64,000 nucleotides of DNA from a virus, in IMG/VR virus record IMGVR_UViG_3300028559_000015, positions 1-64,000 of that record. One strand, 5' to 3'. Shown here in pieces: positions 14,863-25,365 of this stretch; the stretch's first letter is position 1; each line of letters opens with the position of its first letter. Under the pieces are notes generated by a model. It made no database searches, had not been told where the DNA came from, and worked only from the letters and a program-made list of their open reading frames with translations. The translations under genes and the position numbers were made by a program.

Positions 14863-14937
14863 TCGAATATTTATATGGATAAAAAGGGCTTGACATTTAA
14901 ACTAAAATCACGTACTATACAAACTAAGGAGATTAAA

Positions 14938-15537
14938 ATGCCATCTGTATTCTTGACCAGTGATACTCACTTCGGTCACACCAACATCTGCAAGTTCACG
15001 AACTACGATGGTTCTCCTGTGCGTCCATGGGACGACGTTGAGGAAATGGACGAAGAAATGGTCAAGCGGTGGAACGACACTGTGGGTCCTAATGATAAGG
15101 TCTACCATCTGGGTGATGTTGTAATCAATCGCAGGTGTCTCGCTATCATGGATCGTCTCAACGGCAACAAGGTGCTGATCAGGGGCAACCACGATATCTT
15201 TAGCTTGGCTGATTACTCGAAACATTTCCGCGACATTCGCGGGTGTCATGTGATGAATGGGATGATCTTGACTCACATTCCGATCAGCAAGGATAGTCTT
15301 GCTCGTTTCGGGTGTAACATTCATGGTCATACTCATGGCAATCGTGTTCGCAAGATGCGAGGCGTTAATGTGAAGACCGGTGAAGTGCTGTACAGTGACG
15401 AGATTGATCCTGATTACTTCTCTGTGTGTGTTGAACACACTGACTTCACGCCTATTCTGTTTGAAGAAGTTATTCAACGCATCAAAGATCAGGGCGGCCA
15501 AGTAGGCTTCCGAAACGGTAACGGACCCATCATGTGA
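14938..15537 (+). CDS. Calcineurin-like metallophosphoesterase
   Basis: SDTHFGH, HLGD, GNHD, THIP, HGHTH. Confidence 0.9.
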   Translation: MPSVFLTSDTHFGHTNICKFTNYDGSPVRPWDDVEEMDEEMVKRWNDTVGPNDKVYHLGDVVINRRCLAIMDRLNGNKVLIRGNHDIFSLADYSKHFRDIRGCHVMNGMILTHIPISKDSLARFGCNIHGHTHGNRVRKMRGVNVKTGEVLYSDEIDPDYFSVCVEHTDFTPILFEEVIQRIKDQGGQVGFRNGNGPIM

Positions 15538-15546
15538 GGGTAGATT

Positions 15547-16932
15547 ATGAACGATGATGAATGGATTGCGAGAGTAACAGCCCTACTTAATAGCGGTTAT
15601 GTTTCCACTAACTGGTCTACTAACGCTGTAAGTGGGATGTCAACCAAAAACATTTATGATTCACTAATGCATGTAGAACGAGCGAAAAAAGAACGAGAGA
15701 AGAATATGTATTCATATAATAGGCAACGAGATACTAGAGACGGTGATGTTGCTCAAGCTGCACTAGAGGCGCTTGAAGCCGGCATTTCTCTTGAGGAACT
15801 GCTGAAGTCAAACAAGACTGTCAAGATTTGGTATGGTCAAATGGCCGCTGACCGCGACAAGGCTAAGATCGCCCGACAGCGTGAAGCTGAACGTCAGCGC
15901 AAGTTGGATGAAAAGAAGCGTCAGGAAGATGAACTGCGGGCTACGGTTGCAGAAAAGCTTACTCCAGAAGAACTCGCTGCATTCGGCCTAACCAAGAAAG
16001 GAGTAAAGAAGTGAGTGAAGAACAACACATCGCACCTGAAATTTACGACGAAATCCTTCGTAACACTGACACCAAGAACTATGTTAGGTTGGATGAGCGT
16101 ATTGCTCGTAAGTCCCTAGTTTCTTTGGTAAAGTCCGGTCACGCTACCTTCTTGTTCCTTGCGGACGACGAGACTCGTGAATACTGGGCAAAGCTGGCAA
16201 AGACTGCTGCTACTAGAGTTGCGAAGCGTAAGGAAGCATGGCAGAAGTACGAAATCAAGCAAGCCGCTTGGGACCGGTTGTCTGAAGCAGATCGTAAGAT
16301 TCTAAAACTTCGTAAGCCTACCGCACCTAAGTGAAAGATTCGGCTGTGTAATAGCAGCCGAATCTTACCTTTTGTGTTGCTCTTGAATCAAGAGTTAACT
16401 ATAATTTAAAGTATAAAGGAAACAGGATGAACATTAGTCAATTAGCAGAAACCAAAGTCGGTGTCTAATAACCTGAACAGCATTCTAGTCTTGACGGGAT
16501 TTCTAATTTTCGCATTTTTGCTATTGTTAGCATACCTCACGATGATGTGTTTTATTTACCTTAGTTATGGTTTCTTTTTGATATATGATTTTTTGAAAAC
16601 ACGTTTAGATAAGGACAACAATGACGAACGAGAATGAAACTGAATGGGTTCTAGTGGAGACCTTGTCGCAGTTTAAGCTTAGCTACATGGTTGAAGTACC
16701 GAAAGGCAAAGCTGAATACGCATTAGACACGGTTGCTATGGAAGAAGCCACTGAATTTAGTCAGGTGCATTTGCTACCGACCGATATCATTCTTGGATAC
16801 AAAGTAGTGTCTAAAGAAGAAGCATTGGCACTGTGTGATGAACGCAATGACTACACATCTGGATGGTCAGATGATCTTAAGATCAAGAACTTTTTTACAC
16901 CTTGGAAAGAACAGACCAATGAACCAATTTAA
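15547..16932 (+). CDS. Three hypothetical ORFs (15547-16014, 16011-16334, 16621-16932)
   Basis: Coupled ORFs with RBSs; hairpin at 16335-16366 between them. Confidence 0.6.
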
Positions 16933-17233
16933 AGATATCATGACCGAAACTGAATGGGAAAACTTTGGTCCTTGGCTAAAGGATATGCTCAAGGTTAGCC
17001 CTGCAACGATCACGTTCACTAAGAAAGACGGAACTGAACGTGTCATGCAATGCACCCTCGATGCAACTCTACTGCCACCTGCTCCTATTAACGAATCTAC
17101 CGAGCCAAAGAAAAAGAGAGCAGTCAACGACAATACGATGGCTGTCTACGATTTGGAAGCAAAGGCCTGGCGCAGCTTCACGATTCGTAGCGTGACGCAT
17201 GTTGAGTTTAAGTCTCAACGAGTCAATGGTTAA
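16919..17233 (+). CDS. WYL-like SH3 beta-barrel protein
   Basis: ITFTKKDGTERVMQCTL...VYDLEAKAWRSF. Confidence 0.8.
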   Translation: MNQFKDIMTETEWENFGPWLKDMLKVSPATITFTKKDGTERVMQCTLDATLLPPAPINESTEPKKKRAVNDNTMAVYDLEAKAWRSFTIRSVTHVEFKSQRVNG

Positions 17234-17498
17234 ATATAAGTACTTTTCTAAGGAGAAGTACTGATAAGTATATATGTCAGTTGTGAGAATTCTGACAAAA
17301 GGATCAGATTTGGGTTCGCCCTCTGAAGGTCTTAATTAACTGATATTTCAGTTGATTGTGCTTATAGAGTATGAAAAATTGCATAGCCGCAAGAAATTGC
17401 GGCTTTTCCTTTTACACATACTTTATCGGAAGTGCTACTTCAAGATTGCTAGGTACCTTGCTTAGACAATATTGCGGCGGCCCAATTAAGGAAATAAT

Positions 17499-18122
17499 AT
17501 GTGTAATTCTCAACTTTTAGATACCAAACGAATAACTGCTACATGGAAAGTTTTACTAGCAGTACTATCAATAACTTTTATATGGCAAACTACACCTACA
17601 AAAACATACGCTAATGACAACCCCGTTGTAGATCCGACTTTACAGACATCTACACTTCCTCCGGTTCTCACAAGAGAAGAAATGCTTGAGCAGCAATATG
17701 CTAATGCTAGACTCTTTTCAGTAGTAGAAACCTCGGAGACAATTCAATACACTAATGCAGACTTTCTTTGCCTAGCAAAGAACATTTACTATGAGGCGCG
17801 CGGCGAACCTGTAACGGGTAGATACGCTGTCGCTCAGGTTACACTTAACCGCGTCCGGGATTCAAGATTTGGAGGCAGCATCTGTGATGTTGTATATGCT
17901 CCGTCCCAATTCTCGTGGACAAGCAATCCCAGTCGACGCCGAACTATTCCTCAAGGACCTAGTTGGCAAGAAGCAATCTACATTACCTTAGATGTGCTAG
18001 AAAATGGCAAACGAGTCAAAGGCATGGAAGAAGCACTTTACTTTCATGCTAATTACGTTAGACCGGGTTGGAGAAACGTGCAACGATTAGGACAAATCGG
18101 GGCGCATGTCTTTTACACCTAA
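17499..18122 (+). CDS. Cell wall hydrolase (SleB/Hydrolase_2 family)
   Basis: CLAKNIYYEARGE...VAQVTLNRV...QFSW...IGAHVFY. Confidence 0.92.
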   Translation: MCNSQLLDTKRITATWKVLLAVLSITFIWQTTPTKTYANDNPVVDPTLQTSTLPPVLTREEMLEQQYANARLFSVVETSETIQYTNADFLCLAKNIYYEARGEPVTGRYAVAQVTLNRVRDSRFGGSICDVVYAPSQFSWTSNPSRRRTIPQGPSWQEAIYITLDVLENGKRVKGMEEALYFHANYVRPGWRNVQRLGQIGAHVFYT

Positions 18123-18460
18123 AACAGATAACACCATATAAAAAGGTTGACATTCCCTCGTTTCGGGTTTATAGTTTATCTATAGCTTGAAACGAGGGAT
18201 TTTCCATTATGAACCGCTTTCAGATGATCAGCAACAACGGTGGGGTTTTTAAGGAACCTACGATTGAACTGTCTACTGTAGAACTGCCGCATGTGCCTGG
18301 GTTTGACCTTGGGTATGCGTATGAGTCCTGCTTGTTCAGCCCGGGCGAATCCGAGGTTCTGGCTCGGTATCAGACTCGTAGTGAAGCGATTGCTGGTCAC
18401 GTTGAACTGGAAAAAAGTTCAAGCTGCGTTGATTCGTAAAATGAATTGAAGGAATACCTT

Positions 18461-19935
18461 ATGACTAACAAACCGGATGAACTGCAACGGGCTGTTGATT
18501 TCGTCATGAAGATGGAGGCGCAGGAAGCCCGCGCTGCTCTCACTGCCGGAGAAGGGGAAATGAGTAATATCGTATCCACTGTAGAAGACCTGTTTCGATT
18601 GCAAGTCGCTCACGGAATGGAGAAGTCCATGTCCCTGAAAGACCCCGGCGGCTGGCCTGATTACGGAGAAGTCACGCAACACATCGACCGCATGGATAAC
18701 TCCGAGTTTCTTTTTGCAATATCGATGGCTATTGAAGACCGCCTCGCCCCCGACGCAGGAGAAGAGAAATGACCAAAAAGTCTTTCTTGTTTAGGCTGTT
18801 CTGTAAACGGGACCGTTTCGCGGAAGGGGTCGCTGCTGCAACCCTTTTGATTACAACCGGCGACAAAACGCACATCCTCAAAAACTACGGGCTCAGCCGG
18901 GGCGCACCCGATCAAACGCCATTCGACGCGGGCTATCAAAAGACAATCCGAGCGTGGATTTCGGACAAAGCCACCACCCCCAATGCAGGAGAGAAGGGAT
19001 GAGCGCGGTTCTACAGTTTACCGGCATCGTAATCATCGGCGTGGTTGGTGTTGCCAGCGCAAGCGTTCTTTTGGACAGGCTGTTTAACGGCGCGACTTAC
19101 GTTCGCGATGCCAGAGAAAAAGGAAACCGCAAATGACCACCCGTCTCATCACACGCCCCAATGCAGGAGAGAAGGGATGAGCCTTTACCATGACGAGAAC
19201 CAACACCTGCTGGACGCCATCTACGATGATGCTGCGGACGCTGCGGGACACGCATGGGGACCGCTAGGTTTTCCGAAGCACCGCCCGTGCCCTCACCCTG
19301 AAGGTTCCGAAGAAGCCGAAGCTTGGTGGATTGCGTTCCAGCAGCATTACACGATGGAGAACGGAAAATGACCCAAGACCTAATCACATTCGGTTTTCGG
19401 TCATCTCACACGAAAGGCGGACAGCATACGAACGGGCCGGACTACGGTGTCGTCACAGGCGAGTGCGAGCTTAGTGGCGTTCGGATTGAACTCCAGACCC
19501 GCCCCGGCTTTGGACAGCACAAGGCCCGTGAGATGATCACGGCCCTGATCGCACTGGCCAATCAGGAGAACCGATCATGACTCAAGCCCTAATCACACGC
19601 CCTATTGAAGGAGAGAAAAGATGAGCGAAGATACCCTTCGTGTAATCGCTGCCGCTTACGAGATTGTTCCGACACTGAACGATACTCGGGCGGTTAGGAC
19701 GATCATCAGCGCACCGCCCCCGGCCCGCCATCACAATCTCTGCGGCCTTGAATATCACCTGAAGGAGCGAGGTATGATCGCCGACGAGCAGACGACACGC
19801 AACAGCGGGTTTCTTCTGTCGGACGGCACCTATGCCGATCGGAAGCGGGCCTGCGCTGTAGCTATCGCAGCGGGTCAGGTGACCGCCGACAAAATGACCG
19901 TGCAAGGCACCCTGTTCTCAGAGGATTTGTGGTGA
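18461..19935 (+). CDS. GC-rich cluster of six small ORFs (18461-18772, 18769-19002, 18999-19136, ~19178-19371, 19368-19580, 19621-19935)
   Basis: Overlapping stop/start codons with GGAGA RBSs; visibly higher GC than flanks. Confidence 0.6.
18978..19182 (+). repeat. 27-bp direct repeat (18978-19004, 19156-19182)
   Basis: CCCCAATGCAGGAGAGAAGGGATGAGC twice. Confidence 0.9.
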
Positions 19936-20020
19936 CCCTCATCACACGCCTAGCAATACGATTGACTGTGATATTGAATTGTAAAAGTTCAATCTAAATT
20001 GAGTTTTTGGTGAAAAAAGG

Positions 20021-20058
20021 TTGACTTCGGGTATTCGGTTTGCTATATTGAATCATAG
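20021..20058 (+). promoter_or_regulatory. Repeated early promoter; related copies at 8371, 20720, 22141, 22387, 49369, 62136, 62688
   Basis: TTGACTTCGGGTA-N-TGCTATATTGAATCATA with 17-bp spacer. Confidence 0.8.
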
Positions 20059-20087
20059 ACAGACACACACAAACGGAGCTGACGAAA

Positions 20088-22144
20088 ATGGCTTACATGA
20101 ATCAAGAGCGTAAAGCAATCATCGCTTCTAACTTGAAGCCTATCCTCAAGAAGTACAACATGAAGGGCACCCTTTCTGTCCGTGACCATTCTAGCATCGT
20201 GCTGACTCTCAAGTCTGGCAAGATTGATTTTGGTTCCGCTCGTGATCAGGTGAATCCTTACTGGTTCCACGAACACTACGAAGGTGTTGCTAAGGAGTTT
20301 CTCACCGAAGCGTTTGCTGCTCTCAAGAGCGCAGGATGGTATAATAATACCCGCGCGGAGATTGACTATTTTGATATTGCTTACTACGTTGATGTCAACG
20401 TTGGTAAGTGGAACAAGCCCTACGTGCTGGAGTCGTAATGCAAAAAGTAAAAGAAATCGTCTTTAATACGCTCTGCTACACGGTGTATTATAATGAACTC
20501 ATTGTGTGTAGCTTTTTTCTTATTCTTGTTTTGGCATTTGGAGTCTAACTATGTATAACTACTGGATTCTTATTCGTAACTCGAACGGGTTCCCCATGAA
20601 GGTGACTATTCAGGCATCGAACCCGTACGTTGCGATTCAACAAGCCCGCGCCCTTTATGGGTCGAATCTGATTTCGGAAGGGGCAAACCAATACTAAAGC
20701 ATTTTGGGTACCAGAGTCTTTGACTTTGGTACCCCGTTTTGTTAATATTATTAATGTGCAATTTCGCACTATGAAGGAGATACTATGACTACACAAACTT
20801 TTAAGGTTGTCGGCATCACTGTCCATAATCGAACTGCAAAGGTTCGTTTCACCGAAGACATGGTTCGTCGGGTGAAACAGTTTACGAAGGGCGGAGCTAC
20901 TCGATGTGACTTCATCGAGTTACCGAACGAGATGACCAAGATTGAGGCTCTCAAGTACATGCTTACCCGCAAGGAGTTCTCGTCACCTGATGATCAAGCT
21001 ACCATTGAAGACACGCTGTATGATAAAGAGCGTGAAGCTGGTAGAGGTGAAGTTCGGGTGAAGTCGAAGCCCTCGCTTGACGCTATCAAGTCTCGTCCGC
21101 GCAAGGATGTTACTGTTGAAGACGTACTGGGGGCAGTGAATGACTAAGGCTATCAAGATTAGTGATAAGCTGGCTAAGGTTAGCGAAACAATAAACGTTT
21201 ATTTTTATGATAACGCATATATGGTTGAAGCAAGCGGTCGTGACAAGAATGATGACTGGTGTACAGTAAAGCTTGTGTGTAAGGATCTTGATGAAGTTCA
21301 GAAGCTTCTGCAAGAAGCAGAATCTATTCCCCGCGATAGCTAACATGAAGACCCAAAGCACGTTAGCCCGACATCGATATTATGAAGGAGTGAAGCCATG
21401 AGCGCCGAGACATCATCTGACGCCCACCCCCCACAACCCGACGTTCCTGCCCTGCTCAAGCGCCTTGACGCGGTCCGGGCCACCGCCGACGTCAACGAGA
21501 TCAAGGCGGGTGACGAGGGTACCGTCGTGGCCCGGTGGGCGATGCCAACCGTGTCAGTGAGATGGGACAAGGACGGCCTGATCCGTCGTATCCACCGCAA
21601 CAGGCTCGCCCTTATTCAGACAGAGAGACTGAACAAATGATGGTGCCGCCCCAAGAGGGCCCGTCTCTACAAGATATTATAGATACGAACCATTATTATG
21701 ATGTTGGAGCTTCTATCCTTGTTTGTAAACAAGCATTGGTTGCTGCTAACGAGTTGTTCGGCGGAGACTCTCTGAAGGGTCTTCTGTACATCATGGCTGA
21801 TGGGTATGCAATCTCTGTGGGGAACAACCTTCCCCCTGAGGAACGTCGTGCTGCCCGTCTTAGGTGGAACCGCAAACGTGCAGAATCCGAGTCTGTTCGG
21901 ATAAGAGAGAAATACGATCCTGCATATTGGAAAGGAACCCCCGATGTTTGATGAAATCCCAAATAAGTATCTTCGAATCTTTGTAAGACTCGTTGTCCTC
22001 GTGGTTGGCGTGTTGCTTATCGCACTGGCAGGGTTTGTTGTACAAACACTGACCGGGTTTGATACAGGTGTCATTCGCGGCGGCGCTTATACATTACTTT
22101 GGCTTACGATCATGCCATCGTTGCGTCCTTGGTATAAAGGTTGA
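20088..22144 (+). CDS. Early hypothetical ORFs (20088-20438, 20785-21147, 21140-21343, 21398-21640, 21637-21951, 21944-22144)
   Basis: ORFs with GGAG RBSs downstream of early promoters. Confidence 0.65.
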
Positions 22145-22470
22145 CTTCGGGTACCCATTCTGCTATATTGAATCATAGATAAATACAGCAGCTACTAAAA
22201 AGGAGAAACATTTTGAACAAGCATCTTATGGTGGGAATCGGTGGCGTCAAGTGCAACTGCTGCTTCCCTGCTCCTGGTTCTAAGCACCGCAAAATGGTTA
22301 TCCGCAAGGCAAAGCGCGACGAGGCTAAGGCTGCTTGGAAGGCCGAGGTTCTCAATTAAAAATAACAGGTAGATCAAAGAAAAAGGTTGACTTCGGAAAC
22401 TAAGTTTGCTATAGTAAATTTACTAAGAGCATTTCGCTTCACTTTGATAAATAATACAAAGGATTAAGAT

Positions 22471-22800
22471 ATGAAGATTAATGAATTGCTCAACGAATCA
22501 GCACCCGATGATTGGAACGACGAAGAAGAAGTCGTGGTTGATCCTGATCAGGACAAAATCCCACACCTCGTGATGCAGTTGAAGAAAGCTGCCGATGTTA
22601 GTGGCAATCATCCCATCACTTTCAAGGATGGCACGAAGCACAAGATTCCTATGAAAGACATCATTTCGTTCATGCGTAAGTACAACGACCTGAAGCCGAT
22701 GGATCGTGAAGTAATGCAGGATGTTGCTGCTAAGAGCAACGATGACTTCTACGCTGTAATTCAGGGTTTTAATCGCTCTCCTGCCCCTCGCGGTATCTAA
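22471..22800 (+). CDS. Late protein, possible internal head protein
   Basis: GATAAATA promoter; N-terminus MKINELLNE. Confidence 0.65.
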   Translation: MKINELLNESAPDDWNDEEEVVVDPDQDKIPHLVMQLKKAADVSGNHPITFKDGTKHKIPMKDIISFMRKYNDLKPMDREVMQDVAAKSNDDFYAVIQGFNRSPAPRGI

Positions 22801-22809
22801 TTAAAACAG

Positions 22810-22837
22810 AAAGCCCTAGTAGCAATACTAGGGCTTT
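22810..22837. terminator. Bidirectional intrinsic terminator
   Basis: AAAGCCCTAGTA-GCAA-TACTAGGGCTTT. Confidence 0.75.
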
Positions 22838-22873
22838 ACCATGGGTACCAAGGTAGGCTCTTTGTTGAACTAC

Positions 22874-23071
22874 CTAATAGATTCCAGTCATACGGAATAG
22901 ATGAGCAGGATGACCCTCTTCTGGTAGGTAGAATCTTTGTTTTTGAAGTTCTTGCATCTGCTTTAAGTAACCATGCAGCGACTCTTTCAAATGACCAGTG
23001 TCACCGTCAGTCGCAAGCGGCCAATCTTCGAACCCTTCTAAATTGGGTAGGTAGTCGTGATCTTGTTGCAT
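22874..23071 (-). CDS. Hypothetical late protein
   Basis: CATAAATAG and AAGGA on the minus strand. Confidence 0.55.
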   Translation of the reverse strand: MQQDHDYLPNLEGFEDWPLATDGDTGHLKESLHGYLKQMQELQKQRFYLPEEGHPAHLFRMTGIY

Positions 23072-23219
23072 TTGTCATCCTTTATGCGAGTACTACACTC
23101 CTATTTATGTGTTTACCCATATAAGCTCAATAAAAAAAATCAGACACACATTCAGCAATAAATATTATTACCTAGCAGAGAGACTGATAGGATCTTTAAC
23201 ATAAAAGGAAATAAAAAGT

Positions 23220-23690
23220 ATGAAGAAGTTACTCGTAATCGCGGCTGTCGCAATGGCTGCCTTCACTACCCCGGCAATGGCACAAGACTTCGCCGGCCCT
23301 CGCATTGAGGTTGCTGTCGGAGCTGATGATGTGAAAAACGGCGTCGATCCAACAGACCTTGTTTATGGTGCTGCTCTTGGGTATGACATTCAGCGCGGTA
23401 AGTTTGTTTTTGGTGTTGACGCATCTGCTGCTAACATCTTTGATGACGCTGACCTCGGTGTAGGTGCCCGCGCCGGCTATGTCGTTAGCGAAAACGTTCT
23501 CGCATATACCCGCGTTGGTTATACTAATCTTGACCTCGGTCGTCGCTCCGTTGATGGTGCTACTATCGGCGGCGGGTTTGAAGTAAACGTGTCTGATTCG
23601 ATGTTCGTTAAGGCTGAATATCGTTACACTGACTTCGACGGTGGTCTTGGTCGTCATGGCGGACTCGTCGGCCTCGGCGTCCGTTTCTAA
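23220..23690 (+). CDS. Outer-membrane beta-barrel protein (Omp25/OmpA-membrane-domain-like)
   Basis: Signal peptide AMA-Q; alternating beta strands; KAEYRYTDF; C-terminal GVRF; hairpin terminator 23717-23746. Confidence 0.85.
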   Translation: MKKLLVIAAVAMAAFTTPAMAQDFAGPRIEVAVGADDVKNGVDPTDLVYGAALGYDIQRGKFVFGVDASAANIFDDADLGVGARAGYVVSENVLAYTRVGYTNLDLGRRSVDGATIGGGFEVNVSDSMFVKAEYRYTDFDGGLGRHGGLVGLGVRF

Positions 23691-23767
23691 GTATTACTGA
23701 CTAATCTAGCAACAAAGTAGCGGCGGGGAGAAATCTCCGCCGCTACCCTATTGTAGTAAATACATAC

Positions 23768-24316
23768 ATGAAAATTGGTCTTAGTCAGAAGATATTGAAT
23801 CATAATGGTACAGTACATGATGCTATTGACCATGGCTGGTATTCAATACTCACTGGGCACAGTCTTTACTTTTTACCCAACACAAGTAATCAGCAATTCG
23901 ACCACGTGGCTGACACCCTAGACTCACTGATACTTACCGGCGGCGAATCTTCTGAATTAAGACAAAGTGTGGAACTAAGTTTAGCAAACAAGATGATAGA
24001 GCGCGGTAAGCCTGTAGTAGGAATTGCTCAGGGTGCATTAGCAATAGCCGATATATTGGGTGCTACGCTAGAGCCAATAAAGAAACACGTAACAGTAAAC
24101 TATCCTATAATTTATCACGGTGAAGTTCTAGAAGTCACAGGAGATCATGCTACTGGTATTCTAAAGAACGAAGCGAGTGTTGAGGTACTATGCACAGATT
24201 ATAATGGATATACCGAAGCTTTCATAAAAGGTAATGTCGCCGGTGTCTTGTGGAATCCAGAACGGATGGTCAAGCCTTGGATTCCACCGGAGATCGCCCT
24301 CTTATTAAGAATTTAA
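23768..24316 (+). CDS. Class I glutamine amidotransferase-like protein lacking catalytic Cys/His
   Basis: LILTGG; PVVGIAQGA (usual GICRG); WNPER (usual WHPER). Confidence 0.75.
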   Translation: MKIGLSQKILNHNGTVHDAIDHGWYSILTGHSLYFLPNTSNQQFDHVADTLDSLILTGGESSELRQSVELSLANKMIERGKPVVGIAQGALAIADILGATLEPIKKHVTVNYPIIYHGEVLEVTGDHATGILKNEASVEVLCTDYNGYTEAFIKGNVAGVLWNPERMVKPWIPPEIALLLRI

Positions 24317-24329
24317 GATAAATAGCTTG

Positions 24330-25040
24330 ATGAGAGCAAGAGAATTCATATCCGAACGCAAAAAAAAGCGCAGTAAGAAAAAATCCACCCGTGGATATTT
24401 CTTTCCTGGATATGCCTACTATGGATTAGGAAGTTCTGACTCTAGCGGAGATTCAGGCGGTGACGGCGGTGGCGAGAGCGTCAACGAAGCGCCTGAGATA
24501 GAACTAGCTAGACGATTGCCTTCACTTGCTAAACACAATTATAATGCCATTGACACTTTAATGCGTAAGATTGCAAAGAAACATCGTATTACTAACGGAG
24601 CACTACATCGCTTATTTCAAAACAAGTACAACGATAGGCCTGATCATTGGATCAAAAACAAGCTTGATGAAAACGACCCGATTGTTAGTGATATCTCGGC
24701 GGAGGTAGAAAAGTTTGTTGAATGGACTGCCGAAAAACTTAATCTTAAGAAGGTTCCTAAGATAGAGTTATCAATGGACACTGAAGAAGCGCAGACCAAT
24801 CATCATACTGGCGGGCATGTTCCCGGAGAAGATAGCGTTTGGGTTTATGCGAAGAATCGTAATCTCGCGGATATTCTTAGAACAGTATTCCATGAACTAG
24901 TACATGTTCGTCAACATGAGATAGGCATGATCAAGCCCGGAGATAGTTATCCTGGGTCACCTATTGAAGCAATGGCCGATATGCTAGCCGGTAAATACAT
25001 AAAGATTTACGGTGAGAAGAATCACCACATCTTTCAATAA
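24330..25040 (+). CDS. Late protein with HExxH metallopeptidase-like domain
   Basis: DILRTVFHELVHVRQ...GSPIEAMA; N-terminus MRAREFISE. Confidence 0.75.
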   Translation: MRAREFISERKKKRSKKKSTRGYFFPGYAYYGLGSSDSSGDSGGDGGGESVNEAPEIELARRLPSLAKHNYNAIDTLMRKIAKKHRITNGALHRLFQNKYNDRPDHWIKNKLDENDPIVSDISAEVEKFVEWTAEKLNLKKVPKIELSMDTEEAQTNHHTGGHVPGEDSVWVYAKNRNLADILRTVFHELVHVRQHEIGMIKPGDSYPGSPIEAMADMLAGKYIKIYGEKNHHIFQ

Positions 25041-25104
25041 GGTTACCAATATAGTTGAATTCTCTGCGTAGTCTGCTATACTAACTAGACGATAAGGAGA
25101 ATCT

Positions 25105-25365
25105 ATGACAACTCGCATTTTTAATAATGAAGCTAAGACCAAGCTGACCCAACTGGTGAACGAGGGTATGGCTGTGATGCAAGAGATCGAGACACTAAAT
25201 GAAGGTCTCGGTGACACGATTAAGGCAATCGCTGAGGAACTTGAAATTAAGCCTAGCGTATTGAAGAAAGCAATTCGTATCGCGCATAAACAGCGCCTGA
25301 ACGAAGAAAATGAAGCCCACGACGAACTCAACACTATTTTGGAGACAGTTGGCAAGACTAACTGA
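25105..25365 (+). CDS. Small dsDNA-binding protein (T4 DsbA-like)
   Basis: Helical; DTIKAIAEELEIKPSVLKKAIRIAHK; directly upstream of the polymerase. Confidence 0.6.
   Translation: MTTRIFNNEAKTKLTQLVNEGMAVMQEIETLNEGLGDTIKAIAEELEIKPSVLKKAIRIAHKQRLNEENEAHDELNTILETVGKTN

Noticed and set aside
16395-16409. TTAA-N7-TTAA CtrA-like box
   Set aside because: A single instance in AT-rich DNA; expected by chance.
17230-17498. Riboswitch in the long leader of the cell-wall hydrolase
   Set aside because: Only simple hairpins and a terminator-like stem; no recognisable aptamer.
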